Source: Infirmifilum sp. (GTDB lineage Archaea; Thermoproteota; Thermoprotei; Thermofilales; Thermofilaceae). From it: a stretch of 64,000 nt of DNA. Under the pieces are notes generated by a model, which saw only the letters and a list, made by a program, of their open reading frames with translations, was not told the origin of the DNA and did not search any database. The DNA lies in contig JBEULP010000117.1 of NCBI GenBank assembly GCA_041287245.1, forward strand, positions 160,001 through 224,000, read 5' to 3'. Made by a program: the position numbers and the translations under genes. The first letter of the stretch is position 1. Every line of letters begins with the position of its first letter. Positions 8,651 to 18,592 of this stretch are shown here, one piece after another.

Positions 8651-10492
8651 TCAATAAGTAATTTTTACAAGTTTTTCGAGGGACTCTTTAACATCATTCA
8701 AGCCCAGCCTCTCAAGCGTGGATGCCCTCGGAATACCACGGTGATCCCATCCTATGAATGAGTAATATGCCCCGAGCATCTCGTCGTATTTTTGGAGATC
8801 GAGTTTTGCACCCTTAAATGGACCTTTGGTGAGCGGACGCGTAAACCATTTTCTAGGTGGATAATCTTTAGTCCTATCCCATCCTCGCCCCTCTACCGTG
8901 TACTCGCGAACCCAGAAAGATCGAATGAGTGTTAACGTCCGCTCAGCAGCCTCTAAGAAGTTATCTAGTGACCAACTTAGCCCAGTGGCTAGGTTAAAAA
9001 GCCTTACATACCAGTCTAGTTCCAAACCAACCTCTACCCAAGGCAACCTACACGCTACAAGCATCTCAAACATTCCACCTCTAATTCTCTGTAACTCGAA
9101 TACTCTGAAGGCTTTCTCTCGTGAATACTCAAACCTCCCATGGGCAACCTCCCACGATATAACCCAGGCATCCTTATGGTGCGCGCCGACAGAGCTAACA
9201 CCGTATGAAAGTGCCATAGCTGGTGCGCTATGACAGTCATAGGCTGATACGCTCAAGCCTTTTACGTGGACGGCAAGCTCCTCAGCTCCTAGTTTGCTAG
9301 CAGCATACTCTAAGCCATTAGATAGCAGTTCCCCGAGGCCTCTCCGAAAGACAATATCCTCTGACAACCTAAGCATATCCTCAAAATCTCCGAAAGATAT
9401 TTTCTCGGAAACAATGCCTTTCTCAGAAGCTTCAGCGGCAAATCCTAAGACTGAGCCTAGTCCTATTGTATCAATTCCCCACATGTCAGCCAGCCTATTC
9501 AGTCTCGCAACTTTCGTTAGATCGCTTATACCAATGTTAGAGCCAAGCATTGCTACATTTTCGTAGTCGAGCTCGGACACCTCTCCCAAATCGTCAAGAA
9601 TGTAGTTCCCACAGACCATGTTGCAGTTAGGGCATCCTCTCTGACCCTTCTTAACTTTCTCCATAGCGTTACCGTCTATCTTCTCGCTGTACTCGAAAAC
9701 CCCTTCACTGAAGTTATAGGTTGGCAGAACACTGTTAGCCTGTGACCATTGAACTGTAGACATTGTACCCTGACGCATCCAAAACGAGTAACCTGGCTTT
9801 CTCTTGATCTCCGAGTATGCTTGTGCCGCCACTCTCCTATACTCCTCAGCATCGTATAGCTCGATGGGCTTCTCGCCAGTAAAGACTACAGCTTTAAGTT
9901 TCTTACTACCCATTACGGCGCCAATCCCAGGTCTTCCCCCGCTTCTTCCTTCTTGCGAGATGATTGTGGCAAGTTTAACCATATTCTCTCCAGCCGGTCC
10001 AATCACCAGTGCACCAGCGTTCTTACCGTGTCTCTCGTATAGGATCCTCTCGGTGGTGAAAGTGTCTTTCCCCCAGAGGTCATCTGCTGGGTTAAACTCA
10101 ACGTTTCTCTCATTTATATTGATGTAAACGGGCTTTTCAGACTTTCCAGTAATAGCCACAGCATCGTATCCTGAAAAACGGAGATGCAAAGCGGCTCTGC
10201 TTCCTAAGTTTCCGTCACCATATCCATGGGTTAGTGGACTTTTGGCTGCAACTACAACCTTTCCAGTGCTTGGACCCGGTAAGCCCGTTAGGGGGCCTGT
10301 AGCTATTACCAGAATGTTTTCTGGGGATAGGGGATCCACGCCCGGTGGAAGATAATCCCATAATAACCTGGCTGCAAAGCCTCTTCCACCAATATATTTT
10401 TGGGCAAATGCACCGTCAAACTCCTGTGTTTTGGTTTTTTTGCCTGTAAGGTCGATCCAGAGTATTTTCCCGTTCCACCCTTTTTGCATCAT
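8651..10492 (-). CDS. Tungsten aldehyde:ferredoxin oxidoreductase family protein
   Basis: AKSPLT, GRPGIGAVMGSKKLKA, CPNCNMVC, DYEN and DMWGIDTI. Confidence 0.95.
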   Translation of the reverse strand: MMQKGWNGKILWIDLTGKKTKTQEFDGAFAQKYIGGRGFAARLLWDYLPPGVDPLSPENILVIATGPLTGLPGPSTGKVVVAAKSPLTHGYGDGNLGSRAALHLRFSGYDAVAITGKSEKPVYININERNVEFNPADDLWGKDTFTTERILYERHGKNAGALVIGPAGENMVKLATIISQEGRSGGRPGIGAVMGSKKLKAVVFTGEKPIELYDAEEYRRVAAQAYSEIKRKPGYSFWMRQGTMSTVQWSQANSVLPTYNFSEGVFEYSEKIDGNAMEKVKKGQRGCPNCNMVCGNYILDDLGEVSELDYENVAMLGSNIGISDLTKVARLNRLADMWGIDTIGLGSVLGFAAEASEKGIVSEKISFGDFEDMLRLSEDIVFRRGLGELLSNGLEYAASKLGAEELAVHVKGLSVSAYDCHSAPAMALSYGVSSVGAHHKDAWVISWEVAHGRFEYSREKAFRVFELQRIRGGMFEMLVACRLPWVEVGLELDWYVRLFNLATGLSWSLDNFLEAAERTLTLIRSFWVREYTVEGRGWDRTKDYPPRKWFTRPLTKGPFKGAKLDLQKYDEMLGAYYSFIGWDHRGIPRASTLERLGLNDVKESLEKLVKITY

Positions 10493-10584
10493 TTGATATA
10501 AGCAAAGTATTTTTAGTTAAAATTTACCTCGAAAAATTTATAAGAAAGTGAGAAAATACATAACCTCCCGTTGGTGATGGGGCG

Positions 10585-12117
10585 ATGGAGCTTAAAACGG
10601 TGCTCTTACCATACGAGAGTGTACACTACACAGTGATTCTAGATCACTCTGTAGCTAGGAAACTAGATTTAAAGCCAAATGATAGGGTTCGGGTAGAATC
10701 CCGGTCTAAAAGCATTATTGCCACAGTGACTATTGCTAGAGAATTCCCGGTCGACTCCCTAGGGCTCTACATGAATGCAGCGAAGATTCTAGAGGTGAAA
10801 GACGGGGATCTAGTAAACGTTATCCCCACAGAGCCGCCCCGCTCCTTGACTGTGATACGTAAGAAGCTCGCCCGAGGAAAAATTACCTTTGACGAAGCAC
10901 TACAATTAATGAAGGATATTGTAGATGGTGTTCTTAGCGAGATTGAGCTAGCCGCACTTGTAACCGCGATCAACTTTCAAGGGCTTTCCATCGACGAGGC
11001 ATACAATCTGACTGTAGCCATGGTTGAAACAGGAAAAAGGCTATCGCTTAACAGGCCCACAGTTCTTGATAAACATAGTCTAGGCGGCGTTCCCGGTGAC
11101 AAGACAAGTCTCTTGGTTGTTCCAATTATAGCTAGTCTAGGATTTACTATTCCGAAGACCTCTTCTAGAGCAATAACCTCCCCGGCTGGGACGGCTGACA
11201 GGATGGAAGCATTAGCGCCTGTAAATCTTTCGCCAGAAGAAATGATAAGGGTCATAGAGAAAACTAACGGATGCATAGTGTGGGGCGGAGCCCTAAACTT
11301 AGCTCCAGCTGATGACATAATAATCAGGGTGGAATACCCGCTTGGAATTGACCCGTTTTTTGTGCCCTCTATTCTTGCGAAAAAACTGGCAGTGGGATCT
11401 ACGCACGTTGTTCTCGATATTCCAACAGGAAGAGGGACAAAAGCGAGAACACTTGAGGAAGCCCGGAGGATTTCATATGACTTTGTTGAACTAGGTACTA
11501 TGCTTGGATTGAAAATACAAGCCGTGGCCACCTACGCGGAGGAACCTATTGGGTACGCTATTGGTCCCGGCTTAGAGGCTCGTGAAGCCCTACAAGCTTT
11601 ATCAACACTTAAGCCCGTAGACCTGGTTGATAAAGCAGTTAGTCTAGCAGGCACTCTCTTAGAAATGATAGGTATACAAAATGGCTATGAGGCGGCTTTC
11701 GAAGCATTAAAGAATGGCAAGGCTGAACAGAAGTTGAGACAAATAATTGAGGCTCAGGGTGGTGATCCTAAGATAAAGCCTGATGATATACCGCTTGGTG
11801 ATAAGACATTAACAGTTTATGCGGAGGAAGACGGCTTTGTATACTTTATTGATAACCCGCTTATGGCTTTAATCGGTAAAACTGCTGGTGCGCCGCTCGA
11901 GAAGGGCGCTGGGGTCCTACTACACGTAAAAATAGGGGAGAAGGTCAAGGCGGGTGATCCGTTGTTTACTGTGTATTCAACAAGTTCTGTGAAACTCCAG
12001 GCAGTCGAGAAACTCTTAGAATCGTCAAAAGCCGTCGGGATTGGGAAGTTGGCTGGGCGTAAAATGCTTCTGGAGAGAGTAACATTTGCACCTGCTAGGC
12101 CCACATTAGAGAGATGA
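10585..12117 (+). CDS. deoA: AMP phosphorylase (thymidine phosphorylase family with archaeal N-terminal extension)
   Basis: DKHSLGGVPGDKTS and PKTSSRAITSPAGTAD. Confidence 0.93.
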   Translation: MELKTVLLPYESVHYTVILDHSVARKLDLKPNDRVRVESRSKSIIATVTIAREFPVDSLGLYMNAAKILEVKDGDLVNVIPTEPPRSLTVIRKKLARGKITFDEALQLMKDIVDGVLSEIELAALVTAINFQGLSIDEAYNLTVAMVETGKRLSLNRPTVLDKHSLGGVPGDKTSLLVVPIIASLGFTIPKTSSRAITSPAGTADRMEALAPVNLSPEEMIRVIEKTNGCIVWGGALNLAPADDIIIRVEYPLGIDPFFVPSILAKKLAVGSTHVVLDIPTGRGTKARTLEEARRISYDFVELGTMLGLKIQAVATYAEEPIGYAIGPGLEAREALQALSTLKPVDLVDKAVSLAGTLLEMIGIQNGYEAAFEALKNGKAEQKLRQIIEAQGGDPKIKPDDIPLGDKTLTVYAEEDGFVYFIDNPLMALIGKTAGAPLEKGAGVLLHVKIGEKVKAGDPLFTVYSTSSVKLQAVEKLLESSKAVGIGKLAGRKMLLERVTFAPARPTLER

Positions 12118-12159
12118 GCAAGTAGAGTGTCCATCAAGTTTTTTAGACACGGTCTTATT

Positions 12160-12588
12160 ATGGTGGATGTGGGTAGCGTGAATGAGTTTATAAAACTATT
12201 CGCTAATAATCTGACTACGTGGGTTGAGGCTCAAAAAACGTTCCTTAACTCTGCCCGTTCTATCGAATCTGAACTTGAAAATGCGGATAGGCTTGAGCTC
12301 ATACTGGCAACACGTGCCGCCTTTGCTCACATGATTAAAACAATAGATGCTTTTGATAAATGGCTTCAAGACCCATTCATCGTGGGACATATGCCCCGTG
12401 AGATGCTTCTCGAAATACAAAAGAATGTCTGGAATATCTTGATAAAGCTATTAGAGCTTGACATAAAACACACTTCTGATTTTAGGGACAGGCTTCTAAC
12501 TCTCTCGGAAAGCGGTAAGCTAAACCCAATTCTTTTCGCTCCACGCGAAGAGTCGAAAAGAGAGGATCGCTTCCATATAAGCTATTAG
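12160..12588 (+). CDS. DUF2153-family crenarchaeal protein
   Basis: ADRLELILATRAAFAHM..T..AFDKWLQDP...HMPREML...DIKHTS. Confidence 0.8.
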   Translation: MVDVGSVNEFIKLFANNLTTWVEAQKTFLNSARSIESELENADRLELILATRAAFAHMIKTIDAFDKWLQDPFIVGHMPREMLLEIQKNVWNILIKLLELDIKHTSDFRDRLLTLSESGKLNPILFAPREESKREDRFHISY

Positions 12589-12600
12589 TGAAAGCTTAAG

Positions 12601-14019
12601 GTGCGTAGGGTGGGGTTACGAGAAGTAATCGGTTTCCTTAAGACTGGACAGCTCCTATTAGATATTGATGAAAAAATTTCCTCAGACTACGATGCACCAT
12701 GGTTAACCTTGAAGCTCGCCTCGAAAACGCCTAAAGCTTTATTGTTCTGGCAAGTTGAAGGAAAACAATTCCCATTAGCAACAAACATCTACTATAACAA
12801 AGTTGAAAGAGTCTTTCAAGCTTCTCCAAACACATTGCTTTCTAACTTCAACAAACTTAGCTCCTTTTTACGCGAAATCTCTCCAAGCCCGTCTTCTAAG
12901 ATCGGTGTCCTAGCATCTCTAGCCTGGCTCTCCGACGTCCATCCAAAACTTATCGAAGGTAGCGTTTTCATGAGCCACTCAGGCCTTGAGGTGGATCTTA
13001 CCATTCTGCCTGCTATAAGGCACAGCAGGGATGAAGAGCACCCGGTAATCAAGAACCCCTCGATCTTGCTCTCCGATCCGAACTCGAAGGAGAATATACT
13101 TTTCTCCGAACCCATACAGATAATCGATGAGAAAACCATCCAACTACATCTCCCGAGGAACTCCAGGGCATCCACTTTTATAGAAGACTCGGCTAGACGC
13201 GGAGAGAGTATTAATGTGGCTGTTATGATCGGTGTATCGCCTTATCTACAGCTCGTAACAAAAATGGACTGGCTACCATGGTTTGACAAATATCTTTTGA
13301 CAGGAGCCCTTGCCGGCAAACCCATGAATCTTACTAAGATTGATGGTCTACTCTATGTCCCTATTGACGCTGAAATTATCCTATTAGGAGAGATTGTTCC
13401 AGGAGACGTTCGGCCCGAGGGGAAAATGCTCTACGAGGACATGAAACTCTACGGTGGAAGCCCGATGCCTCTGGCTAGAGTGAAGAAGATACTCTATAAA
13501 CCTTCCTCTGTCTTTTACACGTCAATTACACATCCAGTTTATAGCGACGATTATGCACTCAATAAGCTTCGGGAAAAGTTTTTGCTTGAATATGTAAAAA
13601 ATTTGGCTCCCGATATCACCGATCTTAGCTTTCTGAGTTACGATGCGTATCGAACTCTACTAGTCACTCTAAACAACCCAAGCCGGAGTAGAGTCATAAC
13701 AGTGGGAAGCCTACTTTTTTCATTGGATATCAATCCGTACCTGGATACGATAATTGTGTTAAAGGGCGGGGAGCGGTTAGATAATGTCGAGAACCTGGTT
13801 CCTATTATTCTTTCAAGTATGCAGCCAGACAAAATCATTTACTTCGAATCTTCACCTGAAGAGGATTCTCTTCGACCTGAAAGAAAAGGAAAAGTTATAA
13901 TTGATGCTACCAGCGTCCACATAGGTTACTTAGACAAGGAGTCTGAGTTTAGGGCAATTGCTCCTGAAAAACTTCAAAACATTTATGAGAAGCTTATGCG
14001 AGAAGCTCTGGGTGAGTAG
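12601..14019 (+). CDS. UbiD-family decarboxylase-like protein with a degenerate active site
   Basis: UbiD architecture (VDLTILP, VAVMIG..P, AEIILLGEI, KVIIDAT), but EGPFGE is replaced by EGKMLYE. Confidence 0.75.
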   Translation: MRRVGLREVIGFLKTGQLLLDIDEKISSDYDAPWLTLKLASKTPKALLFWQVEGKQFPLATNIYYNKVERVFQASPNTLLSNFNKLSSFLREISPSPSSKIGVLASLAWLSDVHPKLIEGSVFMSHSGLEVDLTILPAIRHSRDEEHPVIKNPSILLSDPNSKENILFSEPIQIIDEKTIQLHLPRNSRASTFIEDSARRGESINVAVMIGVSPYLQLVTKMDWLPWFDKYLLTGALAGKPMNLTKIDGLLYVPIDAEIILLGEIVPGDVRPEGKMLYEDMKLYGGSPMPLARVKKILYKPSSVFYTSITHPVYSDDYALNKLREKFLLEYVKNLAPDITDLSFLSYDAYRTLLVTLNNPSRSRVITVGSLLFSLDINPYLDTIIVLKGGERLDNVENLVPIILSSMQPDKIIYFESSPEEDSLRPERKGKVIIDATSVHIGYLDKESEFRAIAPEKLQNIYEKLMREALGE

Positions 14020-14308
14020 CCCTAACACTCCTACAAATCTCGCAGAGGAGATCTGAGCCTGTTGTTTTCTTCTCCAAAAACAAGTGGGTGAGTTCTCGAA
14101 TTTTTTCCTCAAGTTCTGGTATTTTCTCTCTCGTTGCCCACTTTCCCCTCTGCTGATTGATGTAACGGCTGATGCTGGATTGGCTCACACCTAGCAATCT
14201 TGCGATTTGAAGCTCAGTTAAACCAAGGTCTTCGTACATATACCTGACAACCATACCTCTAATACTGGGCAAAAGTTTCTTACCTACTCTTTCACATGGC
14301 GCCTGCAT
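13994..14308 (-). CDS. HTH transcriptional regulator (COG2522-like)
   Basis: PCE...LPSIR, QIARLLGVSQSSISRY...RG and C-terminal CEIC; GGTG RBS before the ATG at 14308. Confidence 0.85.
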   Translation of the reverse strand: MQAPCERVGKKLLPSIRGMVVRYMYEDLGLTELQIARLLGVSQSSISRYINQQRGKWATREKIPELEEKIRELTHLFLEKKTTGSDLLCEICRSVRATHPELLA

Positions 14309-14536
14309 CGCGACTACACCATAATTTCGATATGACACCGGCAATAAATATGTTGCTATGAGAAGGCTTATTTATTCTAAAAAATCTCTGTTCAAAATAC
14401 CCCCTAGGTCACCCATTGAAGCAATAAATCTCTTTTTACAAAAAACGAAAAGCTTTCAACGCAAAGACAAAAGAAGAGAATTTTGAGGCACAAAGGATAT
14501 ATACCTCCTATGAGAATGATCTATTGGTGAAAACCA

Positions 14537-14698
14537 GTGCCCGAAAAAATAATGGCATACTGCGTTAAATGCCGCAAACAAGTTGAAATGAAAAACCCGC
14601 AGCAGGTAACTCTTAAGAACGGCAGGCTCGCCTACAGGGGCACCTGCCCTAACTGTGGCACTACCGTTTACAGGTTTATCGGCAGAGTTAAACAGTAA
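14537..14698 (+). CDS. 53-aa zinc-ribbon microprotein (DUF5679-like), missed by the ORF track
   Basis: GGTGA RBS then GTG; MPEKIMAYCVKCRKQVEMKNPQQVTLKNGRLAYRGTCPNCGTTVYRFIGRVKQ with two CxxC motifs. Confidence 0.88.
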   Translation: MPEKIMAYCVKCRKQVEMKNPQQVTLKNGRLAYRGTCPNCGTTVYRFIGRVKQ

Positions 14699-14767
14699 AA
14701 AACTGGAAAATAAGGGAATACATCAAAAATATATTGCCTTTTTCTCATTATTCTCGTGATGATGTAG

Positions 14768-15265
14768 ATGAGTAAGGATATAACGCTTACTGAGAAGCTT
14801 GAACTTATGATCCCTGGCTTCAGAGGTTACAAACAAAAAGAGCTTATACGAGAAGATGATGCTCTTGTACGCCGTAAAATCGCATCTATTCTTGACGATG
14901 CGCGTGTGAAGATTGAGAGGCTCATCTCCTCCGTCAAGAAGAAAAATATATCGGTAGCGCTCCGGCTAGACGACTTAAGGCTCGAGTTAATGAAGGCATC
15001 GCAAATGATAAAGCATGCTAGCTATGGGTACTCCGGGCTCTTTGATCGAGTTAAGATTGAGGATAAGGAGCTTCAAACATTGTTAGAGTATGACTATAAG
15101 CTACTAACCCAGGCGTCTAAAATTATGGAAAAAGTTCTTGAAATGTCTGTTGCTCCAGATCAAGAGTTGATGGAAAAGGTAAATGCGACGATAGACCTTG
15201 TAAGGCAACTTGAAGATGACATAACTTCACGTGAACAACTATTTAAAGGTGAGGTGACACAGTAG
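14768..15265 (+). CDS. Conserved helical/coiled-coil protein upstream of the SPFH gene
   Basis: IPGFRGY...RE.D motif; stop overlaps the next start (TAGTG). Confidence 0.8.
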   Translation: MSKDITLTEKLELMIPGFRGYKQKELIREDDALVRRKIASILDDARVKIERLISSVKKKNISVALRLDDLRLELMKASQMIKHASYGYSGLFDRVKIEDKELQTLLEYDYKLLTQASKIMEKVLEMSVAPDQELMEKVNATIDLVRQLEDDITSREQLFKGEVTQ

Positions 15266-16254
15266 TGTCTAAGGCGTCTCTACCGGTAATAAGATGGGTT
15301 AACCCCTCCCCAGACGACATTGTTTGGCGTTACCCCAATGATGATATAATGCTAGGTTCTGTGGTGGTGGTCGAAGAATACCAAGTTGTGGTCTTCTTCC
15401 GTGATGGCAAAGCATACGATGTTCTAGGACCCGGCAGGCATGTTTTATCCACCCTTAATATTCCACTTTTTGTTGGAGCATACAAAATCGCATACTCCGA
15501 GACACCATTCAAGGCAACAATCATCTTTGTAAGCCTAAAACAGTTTCAAGGTAAATTTGGAGGACAGACGCAAACCCAGGATTTAGCCCCCCTAAAATTC
15601 TACGGTAGTTTCTGGTTTAGAGTTTCTGATCCTAAACTTTTCGTCGTGGAGGTCGTAGGCGGCCAAAGGGCCTACGACACAGAATCGGTAAACAAGTTTC
15701 TAAGAGGCTACTTCTTAGAAAATGCTATGACTTCTCTGAGTAAGTACAAGCTTGCTGATGTATTCTCTAGTGTTGATAAGGTCACAGCTGAGCTTAAGTT
15801 CGATCTCCTAGAACCCTTCAGGCGCATTGGGCTCGAGCTAATAGACATAAAGATGGAAGGCTTAGACACCACTCCAGAGTACCGCGACAGGATATTTTGG
15901 ATTACACAAACAGGGACTCCCACCGAAGTTATGCGTATGGATACGGTTAAGAGCGTAGCACAAGAACTAGGAAAATCCCCAGGTGCCTCCATCGGTACAG
16001 GAATGGTTATAGTGCCTCCACTACTGTATCCTCAGGCTCCGCCACAGCCTGCACCTGCCCCGGCCGCCACACAGCAACCCGTATCTACCCCGGCTCAAGG
16101 CATACAATGCCCCAAGTGTGGAACAATAAATCCTCCAGGCGCAAAGTTCTGTTATAACTGTGGAACGCCTCTAACTAAAAAGTGTCCCAAGTGTGGTAAC
16201 GATGTCCCGTTAAATGCCAGGTTCTGTCCCTATTGTGGTAATCCATTTTCATAG
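15265..16254 (+). CDS. SPFH/band-7 domain protein (YdjI-like) with double zinc ribbon
   Basis: DIVWRYP, VFFRDGKAYDVLGPGRH, Pro/Gln-rich linker, CPKC/CYNC/CPKC/CPYC. Confidence 0.9.
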   Translation: MSKASLPVIRWVNPSPDDIVWRYPNDDIMLGSVVVVEEYQVVVFFRDGKAYDVLGPGRHVLSTLNIPLFVGAYKIAYSETPFKATIIFVSLKQFQGKFGGQTQTQDLAPLKFYGSFWFRVSDPKLFVVEVVGGQRAYDTESVNKFLRGYFLENAMTSLSKYKLADVFSSVDKVTAELKFDLLEPFRRIGLELIDIKMEGLDTTPEYRDRIFWITQTGTPTEVMRMDTVKSVAQELGKSPGASIGTGMVIVPPLLYPQAPPQPAPAPAATQQPVSTPAQGIQCPKCGTINPPGAKFCYNCGTPLTKKCPKCGNDVPLNARFCPYCGNPFS

Positions 16255-16263
16255 GGAGCAAAT

Positions 16264-16593
16264 ATGCGATTCTCTACGCTTCTAACAATAGTCGCCTGGG
16301 GTGTTTTACTCGTAGCAATAGGATTAGGGGTGATTAAAGGCTACGAGGTTTTACCCTCGGTAATACTCGTCTTCGGTCTCACAATAATGTTCAAGGCTCT
16401 GAGCATACCCTGTCAAAAAGAAAAATGCCCTAGTAGAGGATTCTGGCTTTTATGGGCTGTCATTTTTCTCGAAATTGGAGGCCTAATAGAACTCTACAAG
16501 TTTTACTCCTCCCCGCCACTTATTATTGGACTCCTCCTTATCATATTAGGGATAATAGGGTTTATCATTGACAAGAGGTACTCTATTTTTTAA
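16264..16593 (+). CDS. Small 4-TM membrane protein
   Basis: Four hydrophobic stretches; 9 nt after the SPFH gene. Confidence 0.75.
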   Translation: MRFSTLLTIVAWGVLLVAIGLGVIKGYEVLPSVILVFGLTIMFKALSIPCQKEKCPSRGFWLLWAVIFLEIGGLIELYKFYSSPPLIIGLLLIILGIIGFIIDKRYSIF

Positions 16594-17452
16594 TGGTAGG
16601 ACTCTCCGTAGCTGTAATTTCTCCTCCTAGTTTTCTAGCCTGTTCCACGATGAATTTGAAACATTTTTCCAGTTCTGAGAAATATTTTCTCCCAAAAGAT
16701 GTTATATGTATTTCAATTACAGGAGCTCCAAGCTCAAATCCCTTTGGGTGGCTCTTAATATAAACCCCTTTAAATTTCTCCATAGCTTCTCTCACATATG
16801 GTGCAAACTCGGACTCTGGAACGCCCCTGATGATTACGGAAGCTTCGTATGATTCAACTTTGCCAAATGTTTTCTCAATAATTCTCTGAACATGAGTTTT
16901 AAAGACAGCCTCGGCTTCCCGAGGTGGACCTGGAAGTACGAAAATAAGTGTTCCTTTGTGTCTTATATAAACGCCTGGTGCGGTGCCTACAGTGTTTTCA
17001 AGTGAAGTGGCTCCGAGAGGTAGGTAGGCCATTTTTACTCTTTCAGGCGTTAGTTGTAATCCTCTAGAAGCGTATTTCTCCTTGATAGAGGCTAAAGCTT
17101 GTGGGTCTAGAACAAGGGGGAGGTTTAACGCTCGTGCTAGGCCCTCGACGGTCTTGTCATCAAAGGTTGGTCCAAGGCCCCCTGTTGAAATTATTACTTG
17201 GGGCCTCTTGGCTAAAGCGTTTCTAAACGCCTCCGCTATTGCTAAAACACTATCCTGCACCGACACACATTCTTCAACGAGAAAGCCAAGCGCTGTCAGC
17301 TCCTTTGATAACCACTGCGCGTTTGTATTTAGAACTTTTCCTATTAGGAGCTCATTACCTATACTAAGGATTATCCCTCTATTTAAAAACATGAAAATAG
17401 CGTCAGCCTCTAGTTTACTCGTCATCTTTTCAGCCGTCTCTTCCATCATCAC
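16583..17452 (-). CDS. CinA-like molybdopterin-binding domain protein (COG1058)
   Basis: IGNELLIG..NTN, GGLGPTFDD.T, GTAPG and LPGPP.E. True start may be 17392. Confidence 0.9.
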   Translation of the reverse strand: MMMEETAEKMTSKLEADAIFMFLNRGIILSIGNELLIGKVLNTNAQWLSKELTALGFLVEECVSVQDSVLAIAEAFRNALAKRPQVIISTGGLGPTFDDKTVEGLARALNLPLVLDPQALASIKEKYASRGLQLTPERVKMAYLPLGATSLENTVGTAPGVYIRHKGTLIFVLPGPPREAEAVFKTHVQRIIEKTFGKVESYEASVIIRGVPESEFAPYVREAMEKFKGVYIKSHPKGFELGAPVIEIHITSFGRKYFSELEKCFKFIVEQARKLGGEITATESPTIKK

Positions 17453-17479
17453 ATCAATAGCGTAATACCAGTCTCCCTC

Positions 17480-18592
17480 TTAAACTTTCCATCCTTTAAC
17501 GTCTTTCCTTCCGAGCAGGAATGTCCGAGTAAATCCAGCAATCATTATAGAAAACCATATGGGAGCGTAGAAGAAGAAATACACGGTTAGCCACAAAATG
17601 TTTACCTTATAGCCGATTCTTCGCGCGAGTAGTGAAACAAACAAAACGTAGACAAAGTAGTAGAAAACCGTGAAGAATGCTTGAGGGGGCAGTAACGCCA
17701 TCGAAGTCTGGAGTAGATAGACAAAGGGTAGGAGGAAGGCGAAGACACTAAACCCCAGATACCATAGAGTTAGCAGGGGTCCAGAGATCAATGGGAAAAA
17801 AGACAAAAAGATTACAGGTAGTATGAGAGACCATGGAAACATCACCACAATAGCTAAGAGTGACTCTGGGAGATGTCTAGAACCACTCCTAACAAGTAAG
17901 GGAAAATACTCCTCTATCCAAAGCCACGCACCCTGAGACCATCTAAGTCTCTGGTTCACCCACTGGCGGAGACCCGACGGTGGTTCAACTAAAACAGCAG
18001 ACTGGTAGAAATAACCGTAGGGCACTCCTATGAAGAAGCTCCTGAACCCTATGTCCATATCTTCTAATATGATATTTTTAAACCCTCCAAGCTCTCTTAT
18101 AATCCGAGTTCGGAAAGCAAAAGCAGCACCATTAAGCCCCGCGCATAGTTTAACTCTCCTTGCAAAGATATAGCTTGCAACTCCGAAGGTAAGGTAATCA
18201 TAATAAATTAGCTTACCTATTAGAGAATCGTTTCTAGAAATCTTCTTTATCTCAACAACGTCATGATTACTCATAAAGGAGTACAGCTTGTCTATAAAGA
18301 ACTGATCAGTTATTTCGACGTCATTATCCAAGAAGACGACAATCTCCCCTCTTGATAAAGATAAAGCCTCATTCAAAGCTTGCACCTTACCCCTCCTACT
18401 TTTACTTACCAAGAAGGTAGCCTTATCGGAGTACCGCTTTGTTATTTCCTCTAACTCGCTGTTAGGCTCATCCACGCTGACTATAACTTCAAGACTATCG
18501 CTCTTGGCATTAGCAACGAGATACTCGAGGAGTTTTTCAAGCTTAACGGGTTCTCTGTAAGCGGTGATTATAAACGTTATTAAAGGTCTCAT
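17480..18592 (-). CDS. Membrane-bound GT2 glycosyltransferase, processive-type motifs
   Basis: D, DND, ED and QRLRW motifs plus C-terminal TM helices. Confidence 0.9.
   Translation of the reverse strand: MRPLITFIITAYREPVKLEKLLEYLVANAKSDSLEVIVSVDEPNSELEEITKRYSDKATFLVSKSRRGKVQALNEALSLSRGEIVVFLDNDVEITDQFFIDKLYSFMSNHDVVEIKKISRNDSLIGKLIYYDYLTFGVASYIFARRVKLCAGLNGAAFAFRTRIIRELGGFKNIILEDMDIGFRSFFIGVPYGYFYQSAVLVEPPSGLRQWVNQRLRWSQGAWLWIEEYFPLLVRSGSRHLPESLLAIVVMFPWSLILPVIFLSFFPLISGPLLTLWYLGFSVFAFLLPFVYLLQTSMALLPPQAFFTVFYYFVYVLFVSLLARRIGYKVNILWLTVYFFFYAPIWFSIMIAGFTRTFLLGRKDVKGWKV

Noticed and set aside
16030..16100. C-rich quasi-repeat in the SPFH gene
   Set aside because: It simply encodes the Pro/Ala/Gln linker.
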